From assembly GCA_964057225.1 (NCBI GenBank), contig OZ059895.1, positions 16,306,001 to 16,370,000 of the forward strand: 64,000 nucleotides of DNA. Reading direction: 5' to 3'. Position numbers and translations under genes: made by a program. The stretch comes from Auanema rhodensis (Eukaryota > Animalia > Nematoda). Positions 14,935 to 27,000 of the stretch are shown piece after piece (positions within the stretch are counted from its first letter, which is position 1; each line of letters opens with the position of its first letter). A model generated the notes under the pieces. It saw only the letters and a list, made by a program, of their open reading frames with translations. It ran no database searches and had not been told where the DNA came from.

Positions 14935-17900
14935 GGAATTATAACAGGAAGAGAATACATCCCATATAAGCAATATCATCTAAGGAGGTATTGAAGAAGG
15001 ACAGATGAAGAAGCAAAATGATGAAAACAGATTCAGAGTCAGTAAGAACAGGAAAATTCAGAAAACATGAGACGGAAAACAAAAAAAAATTCAAAATCGT
15101 TTACCACTATATACGAAACAGTCGGTCATAAGATTTTAGGGAATATAATTACAGAAAGAAAGAGATAGAGAGGGAGGGAGGGAGGGAGAGAGATAGGAAG
15201 GGAGGGGGGAGATTTTATTCTCTCAGAAGGGAATCATTAACAGATTCTAACTATATGACATTACTTTTACTTGCTTGAACGGGAAATGAAATTCAGTCAT
15301 CCATACTAATTCATCTTCTTCTTCTAAAATCCATATAATGCTTCCTCATACACACACAGACACACAATATCTCATCTAATTAGCTTTAGATATTGAAATC
15401 TTAACTTTATACGATATAGTTAATGAAAATTGAAGAATTGATGTATTTATTTAACTACAATTATACAATTTTATCTGTTGCTTTCCTCCCACTCTCTCTC
15501 TCCTTGTTCTTCCTTCTCTCTCTCTTTATTTCTCTCTATCTCTCTCTTTCTCTCTCTCTCCCCCTCTCTCTTACTCTTTCTCTTCTTCCTCTTTAAATAA
15601 AATCTCTCTCAACCACCCATCTCTCTCACTTTTTTTATGAAACATGTTGATCAAAAATTATATTTTTTAATATAATTCTTTATAATGATGATGATTATGA
15701 GAAAGATATGACACATGACTAGAATATTAATATTTTTTTTCTATTTAAACAGCTTTTATCCATCTTTATTCATAAAGTTTAATGAACTGAACCAATTTTG
15801 AACAGCATTCTTCTTCACCTTCTGCCCCTTCTGTAAACAAGTATTTGCTTCAACAAAAAGAATGACCAAAAGGCTTTTTTTCTTCTAATTCAAGAGGAAT
15901 ATAGAGCTTGTGCGAAGAGGGAGAGAAAAGCCAGTGTGACTGCTGCCGAAGAAGAGTAGGATTGAGGGGGAGAATAGCGAAGCTCTGGCGTTGAGGGGGA
16001 GGGGAAGGCGAAGAGGGTGTCAGAAGAAGGGACTAACTTTCTCTTAATTTTATAATATGTTTTATTATTATTATTATTATTTCTTTTCAGGCTATTCAAA
16101 TTGATCGTACGCAAATTGAACGAGTTGTAGGAGGTGATTTGGAAAAAACGTCATTAGCTAGTGCACCACCACCGCCCCTACTACCTTATTGGTTCGTTAT
16201 CAACAACTTTACAGCTTATTCAGCTTGATAAACAACTTTATTGAGCATTGTAAAGCATTCTTTATAGGTTCACAGAAGAATGTAGGAATAATCTGGTTAA
16301 CTGTGATATTGGTACAGGTTTGGCTGTACCTGTTAATCAAGCACCTCCACCTCCCTCTACACCATCACCTGCACCACCGCCATGTATGACGTTAGAAGAG
16401 CGGAAAAAACAGCTCAAAGCTCAATTAGAATATTATTTCTCAAGGTATAGTGAGCATTTAGTCAAGTTTTTACATGTCTATTCCCGTACTTTTGAGCATT
16501 TCTCACCCAAATGCTGTGTTTACCATGTTGTGCTCCTGCTTTCAATCCTTTTTTTTGGCTCAGAACTTTGAGATTTTACTGAAAGTACGACATGCTTAAG
16601 CCGGAATACGTACACATAGCAGGGCAAACGGAATTATTCCGGACCAGCTTGTATTCAAAGCTCGGGACCAGACTAACAATTGCATCTTGTTATATAACTA
16701 GTGGGGGGAAAGCCAGAGGTTTTCTGCACCGGCTCAACCAACCAGAGGTTTTCTGCACCGACTCAACCTAAAACGACTAACTTGAGAGCATATGTTTCAA
16801 AGTGGGTAGATTCTAAAACAAATTTTCTTTGATTTTCCTTCAAGTTATATCTCTAATCTCCAAATTCCAATAGCTTATCCCGGATTGGAGATGAGATACA
16901 AGAGAAATAATGAAAATCCCTGTGGTACATGCACATGTCTTTGAGAATTTAACTAATTATTTTACATTTTAATATTATTATAATTTTCAGAGAGAACTTA
17001 GTTAATGACAAATATTTACGTTGTCAAATGGATCAAGATCAATATGTCCTAATTTCAATTGTGGCAGGTTTTAGAAAAGTAGTTCGTCTAACTGATGATT
17101 ATGATTTAATTGTTCAAGTTCTTAAAGGTAATATAGTAACTATTCGTATATAAACTCAAGTTTTTAGAATCAAATCAGCTTGAAGTTGATGAACGAGGTG
17201 AGAAGGTTCGTCCGTTAAGTAGACGATGTACTCTGATACTTCGCGAAATTGGTGAAAATCATCGTGAAGTATGTTTTCTATATACTATACTATATGGTAA
17301 TTCTTAATATATTTAGGATGTAGAGAAGATGCTGCTTGATGGTCCACCATATTTGGAATTGAAATATGGCTTAAACAACAGTTGGTACGTCACTTATAAG
17401 GACGAAGAAACAACTCAATTGGCTTACCTTCATTTGCAAAATCTTGATTGTACATACAATAATCGGCCAGTTTGTGTAAGTTTTTACCTTTTCTTGCAAC
17501 TTTATTCAGCAATTTATGAAAATGCTTCAATTGTACTCTGATTGACGCATTCCGTTTGTCTTTCTCTCTCACACACTTCTCTATCTCTTTTATGTTATCA
17601 TTACACAAAGTTGAAACTGCTGACGCATCTTGAATAAGAACTAGACGAGAAACACATCTTACATGTCCGTTGTGGTCTAGTGGTTAGGATTTATGGCTCT
17701 CACCCATAAGGCCGGGGTTCGATTCCCCGCAACGGAATAAATTTTTGCAATTTTAAAGTTTTAAATATTCAGCTTAAAGTTGTCATAACTAAAGCAAATA
17801 TCAAACTCACCTCCTTATAACCATAAATGCAACCGATTTCAATGAAATAATAGTTTAAAATAACATTTTGACGTGGAACTCACGTGAAATCCTTAAATGC

Positions 17901-19537
17901 TGATTTGAATAAATTAAATTTACAGGCTCGAATTAAGACAGGTGTAGCACCAGCAGCCGCTGATACAATGCTAATGTCATCTATCTCAAAAAATATTCCA
18001 ATAGTTCCTTCCGTTCAGGTATTGCAATTTTGAAAGATAAGATGAAAACTTGAATACATTTGTAGATGCCAACAAGTGATATGGTTACTAATGAGCCGGA
18101 GTTAAAGCCATATCTTGAGTTAGGTCAAATACTTCATTCAATTGGTTATGTAGCTAAAGCCACATTCCGACCTGGAAAAGCGTTGCTTCATGCTGAAGAA
18201 AATGAGAACTGTGAGCCTCCACCACAGGTTGTTCCTAGCGTTCGTCCGACGTCAAATTCGCATAATTCTCATCGGAATCACTTATCACCACGAGGTAAGT
18301 CTAGCAGAGATTATTTTTGAGAAAAAAAATTTGTTTATAGTATCTGGTCGGAACAATTATAATCCTAATAGCTTTTATGCCTATTCTAACGGAAGCGGAT
18401 ATGTCAATGGTACAGCTCTTTATCATGCGAATGAGAGACGTGGAGCTGCACCTCGCGAACATCGTGGTGGTGCTAGTGGTGGAAGTGCTAACATGGCTAA
18501 TGGAGGTGGAAATGGCGGAAGACATTCAGGAAATATGTCTTCTGGAAATCAAGTTCCATCGCATGGACGTCGAGGTGATAGATTTCATCATGGGAAGTCA
18601 ATTCCTCTCAAAGGCTTAAAAGGTTTGTTTTGCTGGGAAGCATCTCTGTGGTCGTGTGAGAATTCTTCGATGTATGTGTTTGCAGGTGGCAGACGAAATG
18701 GAGGAGCTAATGGCAACAATCACGATTATCATCGACGTGGAGCTGCTGAGTACTGGAATGGCAGCAACAATGTGCCAACGTTGAGTGTGTCAACGGGCGA
18801 TCTAACAGTCATGACGGACGGCTCACAACCTCAGGTCGAAAGGTTCTATTCCATCGTATGTCCGACGTCTTGTCACCAGCTCAGTTCTTTTTAGGCCCAG
18901 ATATAACAGCTTTCGCAAATCTAGTCATCAAGATGTAACATTGACCACAAACATTTCAAAGCCAACCGGTGCCGTCAACTCCAATAACAACCGATCAGCT
19001 ACTTCTGGAAGTAGTAGCCATCAGGATCTGCTGACTGCTTCATCCGGTGCCAGCAGCGGACGAGCTAATCGACGATGGGAAGTCGACAGCGAGCCCAGCA
19101 GCGAAGGTCAAGCCGATCGTAAAGTAAGCTTTCAGCAATTTTTCTTAAACTCTTCGCTTCGTTCCTGCTTATACAGATTCACTGATTCTTCTGTTTAAGA
19201 TGTCTTCCCAAAGTGGTGGATCTGCTTACTCTTTTGAAGAAACGTCATTTCCCGTGCTCACAGATCCCAAACCGGAACCAGAAAAACCGCAAGAGAAGCC
19301 AAGCTTCAGGTACATGATTATCCTATCGCCTTCAATACATTTGAATTTTTCAGCTGTGTAGCAGCGGGAAAACGACATGTCAAACCTGAGCCTAGAAAGA
19401 GTTACGCGGAAAAGCTAAAAGAGCGTCCAAGTGCTTTACCATCTGAACGCACATCAGCAGCATCATCCGTAAACCTCTCTATATCCGGCGCATCATCAGC
19501 CGTTAGCAAACCAGCCAGTTGTGGTGCCAAAGCTTAG
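6835..19537 (+). CDS. larp-5: La-related protein 4 family (LARP4/larp-5), 13 coding exons
   Basis: Phase-consistent GT-AG exons: 6835-6912 (MISLELDDDAFYICTEVSPRCFVVQK), 16091-16191, 16268-16444, 16991-17127, 17168-17268, 17317-17475, 17926-18018, 18066-18294, 18341-18622, 18686-18842, 18895-19123, 19200-19309, 19354-19537 (TAG). La motif ([29 protein letters not shown]...FRKV), LARP4-type RRM (KVRPLSRRCTLILREI...NNSWYVTYKDEETTQLAY...ARIK), and C-terminal SFPVL and SYAEKL motifs. TTTTCAG acceptor at 6704-6710. Confidence 0.9.
16713..16768. repeat. Direct tandem duplication, 29-bp period, in larp-5 intron 3
   Basis: CCAGAGGTTTTCTGCACCG(G/A)CTCAACC at 16713-16739 and 16742-16768, with one mismatch. 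Confidence 0.9.
17666..17737 (+). tRNA. tRNA-Glu, anticodon CTC, inside larp-5 intron 17476-17925
   Basis: TCCGTTG/CAACGGA acceptor stem, D arm GTCTAGTGGTTAGGAT, anticodon arm TATGG-CTCTCAC-CCATA, T arm GGGGTTCGATTCCCC, discriminator A, and T5 terminator at 17742-17746. Matches the nematode tRNA-Glu(CTC) as I recall it. Confidence 0.97.
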
Positions 19538-20507
19538 CGTCTAGTCTAGTGTCAACATGCACATATGAGCAAGATGAAACTCTTGCACATGTGGTCATCG
19601 TTGTCGTCGTGACTCGTCGCTAGCCATCACGGCCATTCAGGTCCAGCCAGAATATATATGAATCGTAGTCGTTTATGTTCGCCAACGTCAAAAGCCTTCT
19701 TAGAAACTGTCATTCTTCCTATACGCCCGGTCACGATCTTGCCTGACACATTACAAAATATTTTTTTTCTGTACAGTTATCAATGTGTTTTATTCCAAAT
19801 AATATAACTCTAAATCAATCAATTATTATGCTGCTGATAATAGTTTTTAAAATTCAAAAATCCAAGTATTGAGCTATGTATGAAAGCCGTTTATCTTTTA
19901 TTTTCGACGAACACATTTCCGTTTTCTCGGATATTCCATACTAGCAGTACATTTCTTTTTTCCATCACCCTTCCTTTTTCCTCTTTAGAGCTTGCTGCTA
20001 ATTCTTGAAATTTTCAATTTTTCTCTTATTTTCCTTATATCTCAGCGGCAAAAATTCAGAAAAACAAACTTTAAAGCTAATTTAAGCTATATGTATAGTT
20101 AAAGTTCGACATCTTAATTTGTCATGGTTCTCTAGACGTATCTACTATATCCTATCTCTATTATCAGCATATCTAGTCAGGTTTCTCGCCCTCTGTTTTC
20201 CAGCCTAGGCTTATAATATCAGATTTTCGGCTATTTCTATCTTGCGCTCCACCAATTGCCTATTATCAGCATGGTTTTTAGTATATTATTTTATATATTT
20301 ATATACATAATATATTATTTTTTTTCGAAACAAAAATCATATAGCATATGTCCCTATATATCATCTTTTTTTTCTACATTACTCTTAGATACTGTAGATT
20401 TTGGTTAGATATTTCAAACTTTTCACACATTTTCTATTCAATCTATCTATACTGCGGGCATTACTAGCACTCATGATTCAGAAGCCATTCTGAATTTGGC
20501 TGCTTCA

Positions 20508-20571
<64 letters not shown>

Positions 20572-20839
20572 CTCTATATACTATATGAGTATTTCTTTAT
20601 TGTGCACTTGCTACCCTGGTTTGGTTATATCCCTTTACCGGTATCCCACTATTTTCTCTTTTCTTTATTTTTTTTTGTTTCGATATTTTCCGAATACGGT
20701 AGTCGCAAAATAAAATTGAGTGACTTTAACGCAGTTTCTGTTCATTTTCAAAGTACAATCATTACATATAAATGTGTTATACAAGCTTTTAAACTCATTT
20801 ATATAATCATGACAATGGAATAAGAATGAATAAGTGAAA

Positions 20840-21037
20840 ATGGAAGAAGTAGAAGATGATGTGAATGAAGCTGAATCAGAGGAGCAATCAGAAGAAGATG
20901 TAGATGAAGCTGAATCAGATGAAGAAGTAGAAGAAGGTGTAGATGAAGCTGAATCAGATGAAGAAGTAGAAGAAGGTGTAGATGAAGCTGAATCAGATGA
21001 AGAAGTAAAAGATGATGAAGTAGAAGAAGAAGACTAA
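20840..21037 (+). repeat. 39-bp tandem minisatellite (~4.5 copies) forming an acidic 65-aa ORF
   Basis: Unit GTAGATGAAGCTGAATCAGATGAAGAAGTAGAAGAAGGT (VDEAESDEEVEEG). ATG at 20840, TAA at 21035-21037. Confidence 0.85.
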
Positions 21038-21470
21038 GACAATATGAGATATGTTCAAATCATCTAATTAGGTATTTTCTAATGAAAATTAGAAATTCAT
21101 TTACTATATCATATAAGGATATTATTATTATGATATTTCATCATACCCAATCACGACTACTACTGACTGTTATTGTCGTCAAAACTATCATTTTCAAAGT
21201 TGAAAGTGCAGAATGTGATTGATTCATGTTAAATATTCTATTGTGAAGGAAAAAACTTAATTGTTTTCTAGATTATACGTATAGGTAATATATTTGTTTT
21301 TGTTGGAAATATAAGATTTATATACAATAAATGGAAAATATTACAAAATAGCAATTTTATACTATTGATGGTGTGTATCTAAGAGCATTTGGAATATGAG
21401 AAATTGGCTAATGTCACTCACATATACTATATATACTATATGTATGCTTTTTCATTTTAAGATTTCAGTT

Positions 21471-21539
<69 letters not shown>

Positions 21540-21914
21540 GGAAGAGGACAGTTGATATGTTTATTTGCCAACACATTTTCCTTGTTTTATTTTATTTTTT
21601 TTGGAACGACAAGGGACTAGGAAATTTGGAAAAAAACAACAAATAACTGCATATAAGTATAACATATTTATTTCAAAATTTGTACATCTTCAATCACTAG
21701 CCCATACCGGACATAATGGTTTGATATTTATATTTACATATACATATATTATAAAAGAAAAAGCTTAATTAAATGATGATAATAATAATAATTATAATAA
21801 TAAGTAACAAACAGCACGTTCTATATAAATATATGTAAACATCACAACTACGGAAATAGGAAGAAGATATATTGTGTATGAAGTATAAGTTAGACCAGGA
21901 CAAGGGAGGGAAGA

Positions 21915-21953
<39 letters not shown>

Positions 21954-24039
21954 AAGAGAGGGGGGAGAGCAATGAGTTGTGAATAATATTTGAAAATAGA
22001 TATATTATGATGATTAATGATGAATTGGGTAGGCGTTACTTAGAATCTTGGTTGTGGGAAAAGATTAACTCCCAACAAGCAATCCTCTCTCATAGATGCT
22101 TTAATGAAAAAAAAGAAAAATGCGTGTTATACCAACTACAATTCTCAACGAAAAATGAGAGAAGAAAAGAGATTAGAAGGGGAATTTCAGCCATATATTG
22201 ATAACGAAAGAGCTCCTTTAGGCAAACACAGATCAAATGAGACCTTATTTCACACAAAGAATTTAATGAGAAAAGAAGACGACAACAACAACAACAACAA
22301 CAACAACAACGACGACGACGATAACGACGTCGATGATGATGAAGATGATGAAGATGATGAAGATGATGATGATGATGCTATTGATAATGCGAGCAGGAGG
22401 AAGATGAAGAAAATGAGAAAATACGGAAAAGGAAGATGACTTAAGGAAAAATCTCATAGCATAAGAGCACCAGTTTGTGCGATACACGATTTGTTAAGAT
22501 AAGCTAGATTTGGGTAAATATTCGAATGAAAAGCTGTGAGGTCCGTATATTCAAGCACTTAATGGAAAATTAGTATAAAACTACAAACATGAAAACAATA
22601 TATATATATGGTGACATGCTTGAGAAACAAGCTTTAAAGCTCATTTGAAGCATACACCTTAGAAGCATGTGTACACCGGCTTCGACGAAAATTGGATGAC
22701 GATGACGAGTTGGATCAGAGCAATTTCAGAGAATTACTGAGGATATTTCTGATAGGAGAAAACAGTTTTAAGAGCTGAGATGCTTGCACAGACTGAGCGA
22801 TTTGAAATGTAATTAAGATAAAATGGTACCCTGTCTATCTTAAAATATCTCTGCTGGCACTTAATGAGAAATTGGAAAATCTTAACGAATGTGTTTCAGC
22901 CTAATTATGCTATATGTGGTTAGAAGAAGGACACTAGCTGAATTTGAAAGAGGAAAACGATATAGGCATCGAGGAAGGAGTCGGTTATGATGATGCGAGG
23001 TATAGGTTCAGGTACGTCGTTCATGATCTCATTCATAAATGCTAAAAGGCTATTGATGCTGAAGAGTTCAAGATGTCTTTGCTAACTCTTCAGCATCACA
23101 ACGTCTGCGATCTGCTACGTCTAGAAAAGACTAGAAAGCTTTCAGTTACGAGAAATTCATATTCTAGGAATTATACTATCGAAATGTGATCATTAGATGT
23201 ATCAGTGAGCTAAGTAAATGATATAGTTATGCGTTACAGTGAATGAGTTTTTGCAAAACTTCATAGAAAAGAAGACGGAAAAGTATTTGTTAGACAATAT
23301 TTATCAACGTTAAACGCATAATTATAATTAGCTATACTATACCATATAGTTAGCAATACTTGACAGAACGACGTACCCGGATAACTGTGACGTTAGAGTG
23401 AGAGGAAAAGGGAAAGAAAGGGGTCTAGGGAAGTTTCGGTAGGGTGAATGGGTGAAAAATGAAAGAACTTAAGCAACAACTACTGTAAACCCTCACAAAA
23501 AAGAAAAAGTATTAAAGAGGATCGAAGAGGAGACGGGGCAGAGAAGGAAAGAGATGTTTGGCAACAACGCTATGAGGTAGAAGTGTGTGCATGCCGTTTA
23601 TGTCAAACTGTGGGATCAGATACTAATAGTCATAATGATAGTTGAAGTTAATAATCGAAGGCGGTGATGCTTGGATTTGCTTGTGAAAGCATGAGAAGGG
23701 AGAGAAGAAAAATAGATAAAATACGAATATATAAGATCAAAAGCCAACTCCTTTTGATATGAAAAACAAATTCTACTGCACATAATAAATCAAAATAGGC
23801 AATTGATTATATAATTATATAATCTATAATATGCAAAAAAAACGAGAAAGAGAATGTGGAAGCGAATAGAACACAGAGAGCTCTGATTGTGTTAATGTAT
23901 GTGATTGATTGTGAGTATTTTCTACCTATGACGACGATAGCGATGGGTATGAAACTGGAAACATGTGTGTATGTGCGTATGTGATGATTAGCTACATCCT
24001 TCGAGCTGAAGCTTTGCTGTTGTTATTGTTAGATGAAGA

Positions 24040-27000
24040 TCACAACGCTAGCATCTGCTGTTGGTTTGCCACTTCCTGAAGAGCTTGATGGCTGAGCGTC
24101 ACATCATTGTCTTCCTCAACACCATCCTCAACCTATAAATGCAAAATGTAATGTTTTTCCAGAATGATGTATGAATGTACCTCAGCCTCATCTCCATCCG
24201 ATTCACTATCAGAGGCATTATGATCTAAGGAATTAGTTGTTGTTCCGATGGGAGACGGTCCGCCCATTGAAGACGTTAAAGGAGATGGTCCTGAAGATCC
24301 TGAAGCAGAAACTGAAAATTAATCATAAACTATCATTTGATCAAAATTACAAACCTCGATCTTGCATATCAGCAGACATTCCACCTTCGCTGTTAGCATA
24401 TGAATACTCACAACGCTTCTTTCGGCGACAGAATTTACACCACATATGTTCATTACCAACTCCAAATCTAGCTCTGCATTTCTTGGAATCAACTCCATCT
24501 GCAAAACACAAAAAATTAGTTTTTACATTCATTGATGTTGCATTTGGTATGGCTCTTTGATCATATCTTCACTTCCCACTCTATACTCATGACAATGTCA
24601 TCTTCAAAGCCTGCAGAAACCTCTCTGTCGAAACATAACAGGACGATGATTACGGTATCTTACAAACAATTCAAAGAGAAGAAATGATCGTTCTCTTGAA
24701 AAGTGTTAACAACTATCATAACAGCCATTTTGAGAACAGTTGTTAGAGCACTTAGTTGGCACAGTATCCGACACACGGATACACCGCCCTCAAGTACCGA
24801 CGTGAAGGTGGGTGAGGGCTTAGTGGTTGTCAAACATCCGACCGCGCCTATCAACATCTCATCCTCTCTTCTGATCTGTCTCTTTATACGAAACTACGCC
24901 AATAATCACTTGTTCACCTTGTATACATATCATTCGATGTATATTAGCTTAAAGTATCTGCTAATAAGTGGAATAATAAGTGTCCCAAAATACTCGATTA
25001 TGGCATAGATTCGCTTAATAATCATATAGATCTTGAGTTTTGATCACCAAAGTAGCACTCCCATATCTCTCTCAAAGTACATAAAACAACATATCAACGT
25101 ACCATCAGCTTTGTCTCTCCTCCTCTTCTTGCGCTTATGAACTGCATAGTTTTCACGAGCAGACCATTGTGGGTATTTCTCTTTGTGCGCTTCCCTATCT
25201 TTCTTAGCGAGATCGAAATACTTTTGCTGCTCTTCTTTACCGAGCTCGTGCCACCGTTTTCCCAATTCCTTGTTCAATTCGGCACTTTGTTTCTCCTACA
25301 AATATAAGAAAATAACAATATTTGTATGAAGTATCTTATACCTTGAAACCAAGCTCCTCGATCATCTTGGGCCTGTTCTCTTTCATGAACCACATAAAAG
25401 CATTAAGCGGTTTCTTTATGTGATCTTCCTAAAACAGAGAAAAAAATTAATTGGTCATAAATTACGGGGAAAAAGTCAATTGACGAGATCGATAAGTATC
25501 GGAGATCTAAGGAAAAACAAACCTTCTTGATTTTACCGTCCCTTGTTCTTCTCAAACTGCTATTATCTTGCATGTTGTTAGTAGACATAGCGGATGGACC
25601 GTTATTATAAGGCATTCTCATCTGATTCATCTGAAAGGTATGCGTTACTCAAGAGATATGATAGACTAGTTACTCACTACCTGGTTCAGAGGATTTCCCC
25701 TGGCAGCAGCTGCGGCAAGCGGATTAATTCCATGTTCCAATTTAACACCAGCCATGGCTCCATATAAAGGTGATCCAGGGCCAACCATTAAGTGCTGAAG
25801 TTGCATGAAGGATGGACTTAAAGCTGCTGCTGCTTGAGGCATGAAACACATGGATGGAGACATTGGTGGCCTCATATAAGCACTCCCCTGAAATGGAAAA
25901 TATTTAGTCTTGAGATGAAAAAAAGATTCGTAAAGCAATGCGACCGACCCCCCATTGCTTAATGTTTTCACAGAAGTCAGCCCCTCATCAAAACTTTTTT
26001 TTTGTTTTATTGTATCACTTTCGTATTTCGGAAGTTTTGGCAACCGAAATTCAGCCTCCTCTGTGGGGCTCCAACTAATTACCGTAATCGCGCGTGTCGA
26101 GACAGCATTTCACAAACAAACAAGTGTCAAGAGCTCTGACAGCAATTCGGCATGTAATTTGACAAAATCGGCGAGTGTTCCGGATTGTCTTCGTTTCAAA
26201 AGACGACAAAAGATCCAAAAAGTCTGGTCTGGGTAGTTGACACATAGACGTGTGTACACCTTTCTTCATCTTCTCGTTCAGCAGAGGTGGCGACAGCTAA
26301 TTAGTCAGATATAACAATCGTCGAGAGAGTAACGAGCCGCATAGTAACCCAGATGAATAGGTTTAACTATGTCCAGAATGTTGTGACGACTGGCACACTT
26401 GAAGGAACGGTGGCTGGGTCATACTACATCGAGATGAATAAGACAATCGTTTCTCTTTCATTCTTTCATTCTTTTATATCCTCTCATGTCATCGTCGACC
26501 ACCGCAATTACCGTGTTCTACTAAGTCTCAGGTGCATAATTGCCAACGTCTCCTTTATTATGAAAAAGAAAAGAGAAGATTGTTAGGATAGTGTCAAACC
26601 ATGAAATGAATGAGGCAAAAGCCGTTCAAACGAAATAAGACCTGTTGTTTCCTGTTCGATTTCATGTCAAAGGCTACCGTAGCTCCATGGTTGATGATCG
26701 CAACCTTTCCCTCCCCATTTTTTAAGCAAAACAATACGCTTTGACAAAACTACTACCCAAGCAATAACTTGTAACATTTTCAATTCCTACTTACCATCAT
26801 GAGCCAAGGATTCATCATGGCATTAAAACTTGGACTGAATGCTGCCATTTGTGGAAAGCCCAGAGTACCGAAAGCCGGTGATGGCTGTGGTTTTGTGAAG
26901 GCGCCAGATTTGGATCCTGAAATAAAAAATTAATTTCCCATTCTATGATTTGTTTTAAAAAAAAACATGTACCAAATGACACCGTGGGTAAACGAAAAAT

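Larger units (their letters stand above)
1..22400. repeat. Microsatellite-dense domain: (GA/CT)n, plus (GT)n, (CTT)n, (TCG)n, (GAT)n and (AT)n tracts
   Basis: Examples: (GA)n at 1-34, 1343-1394 and 21473-21535; (CT)n at ~2152-2192 and 13345-13427; (CTT)n at ~11670-11738; compound (AAC)n(GAC)n(GAT)n at ~22274-22378. These tracts generate most of the SLSL/RERE ORFs in the track. Confidence 0.95.

Noticed and set aside
16713-16768. 29-bp repeat as CRISPR-like
   Set aside because: Two adjacent copies with no spacer, in a eukaryotic intron.
22104-22487. Poly-N/poly-D ORF and its antisense poly-V/I ORF
   Set aside because: A compound trinucleotide microsatellite in the probable pop-1 3'UTR or intergenic region.
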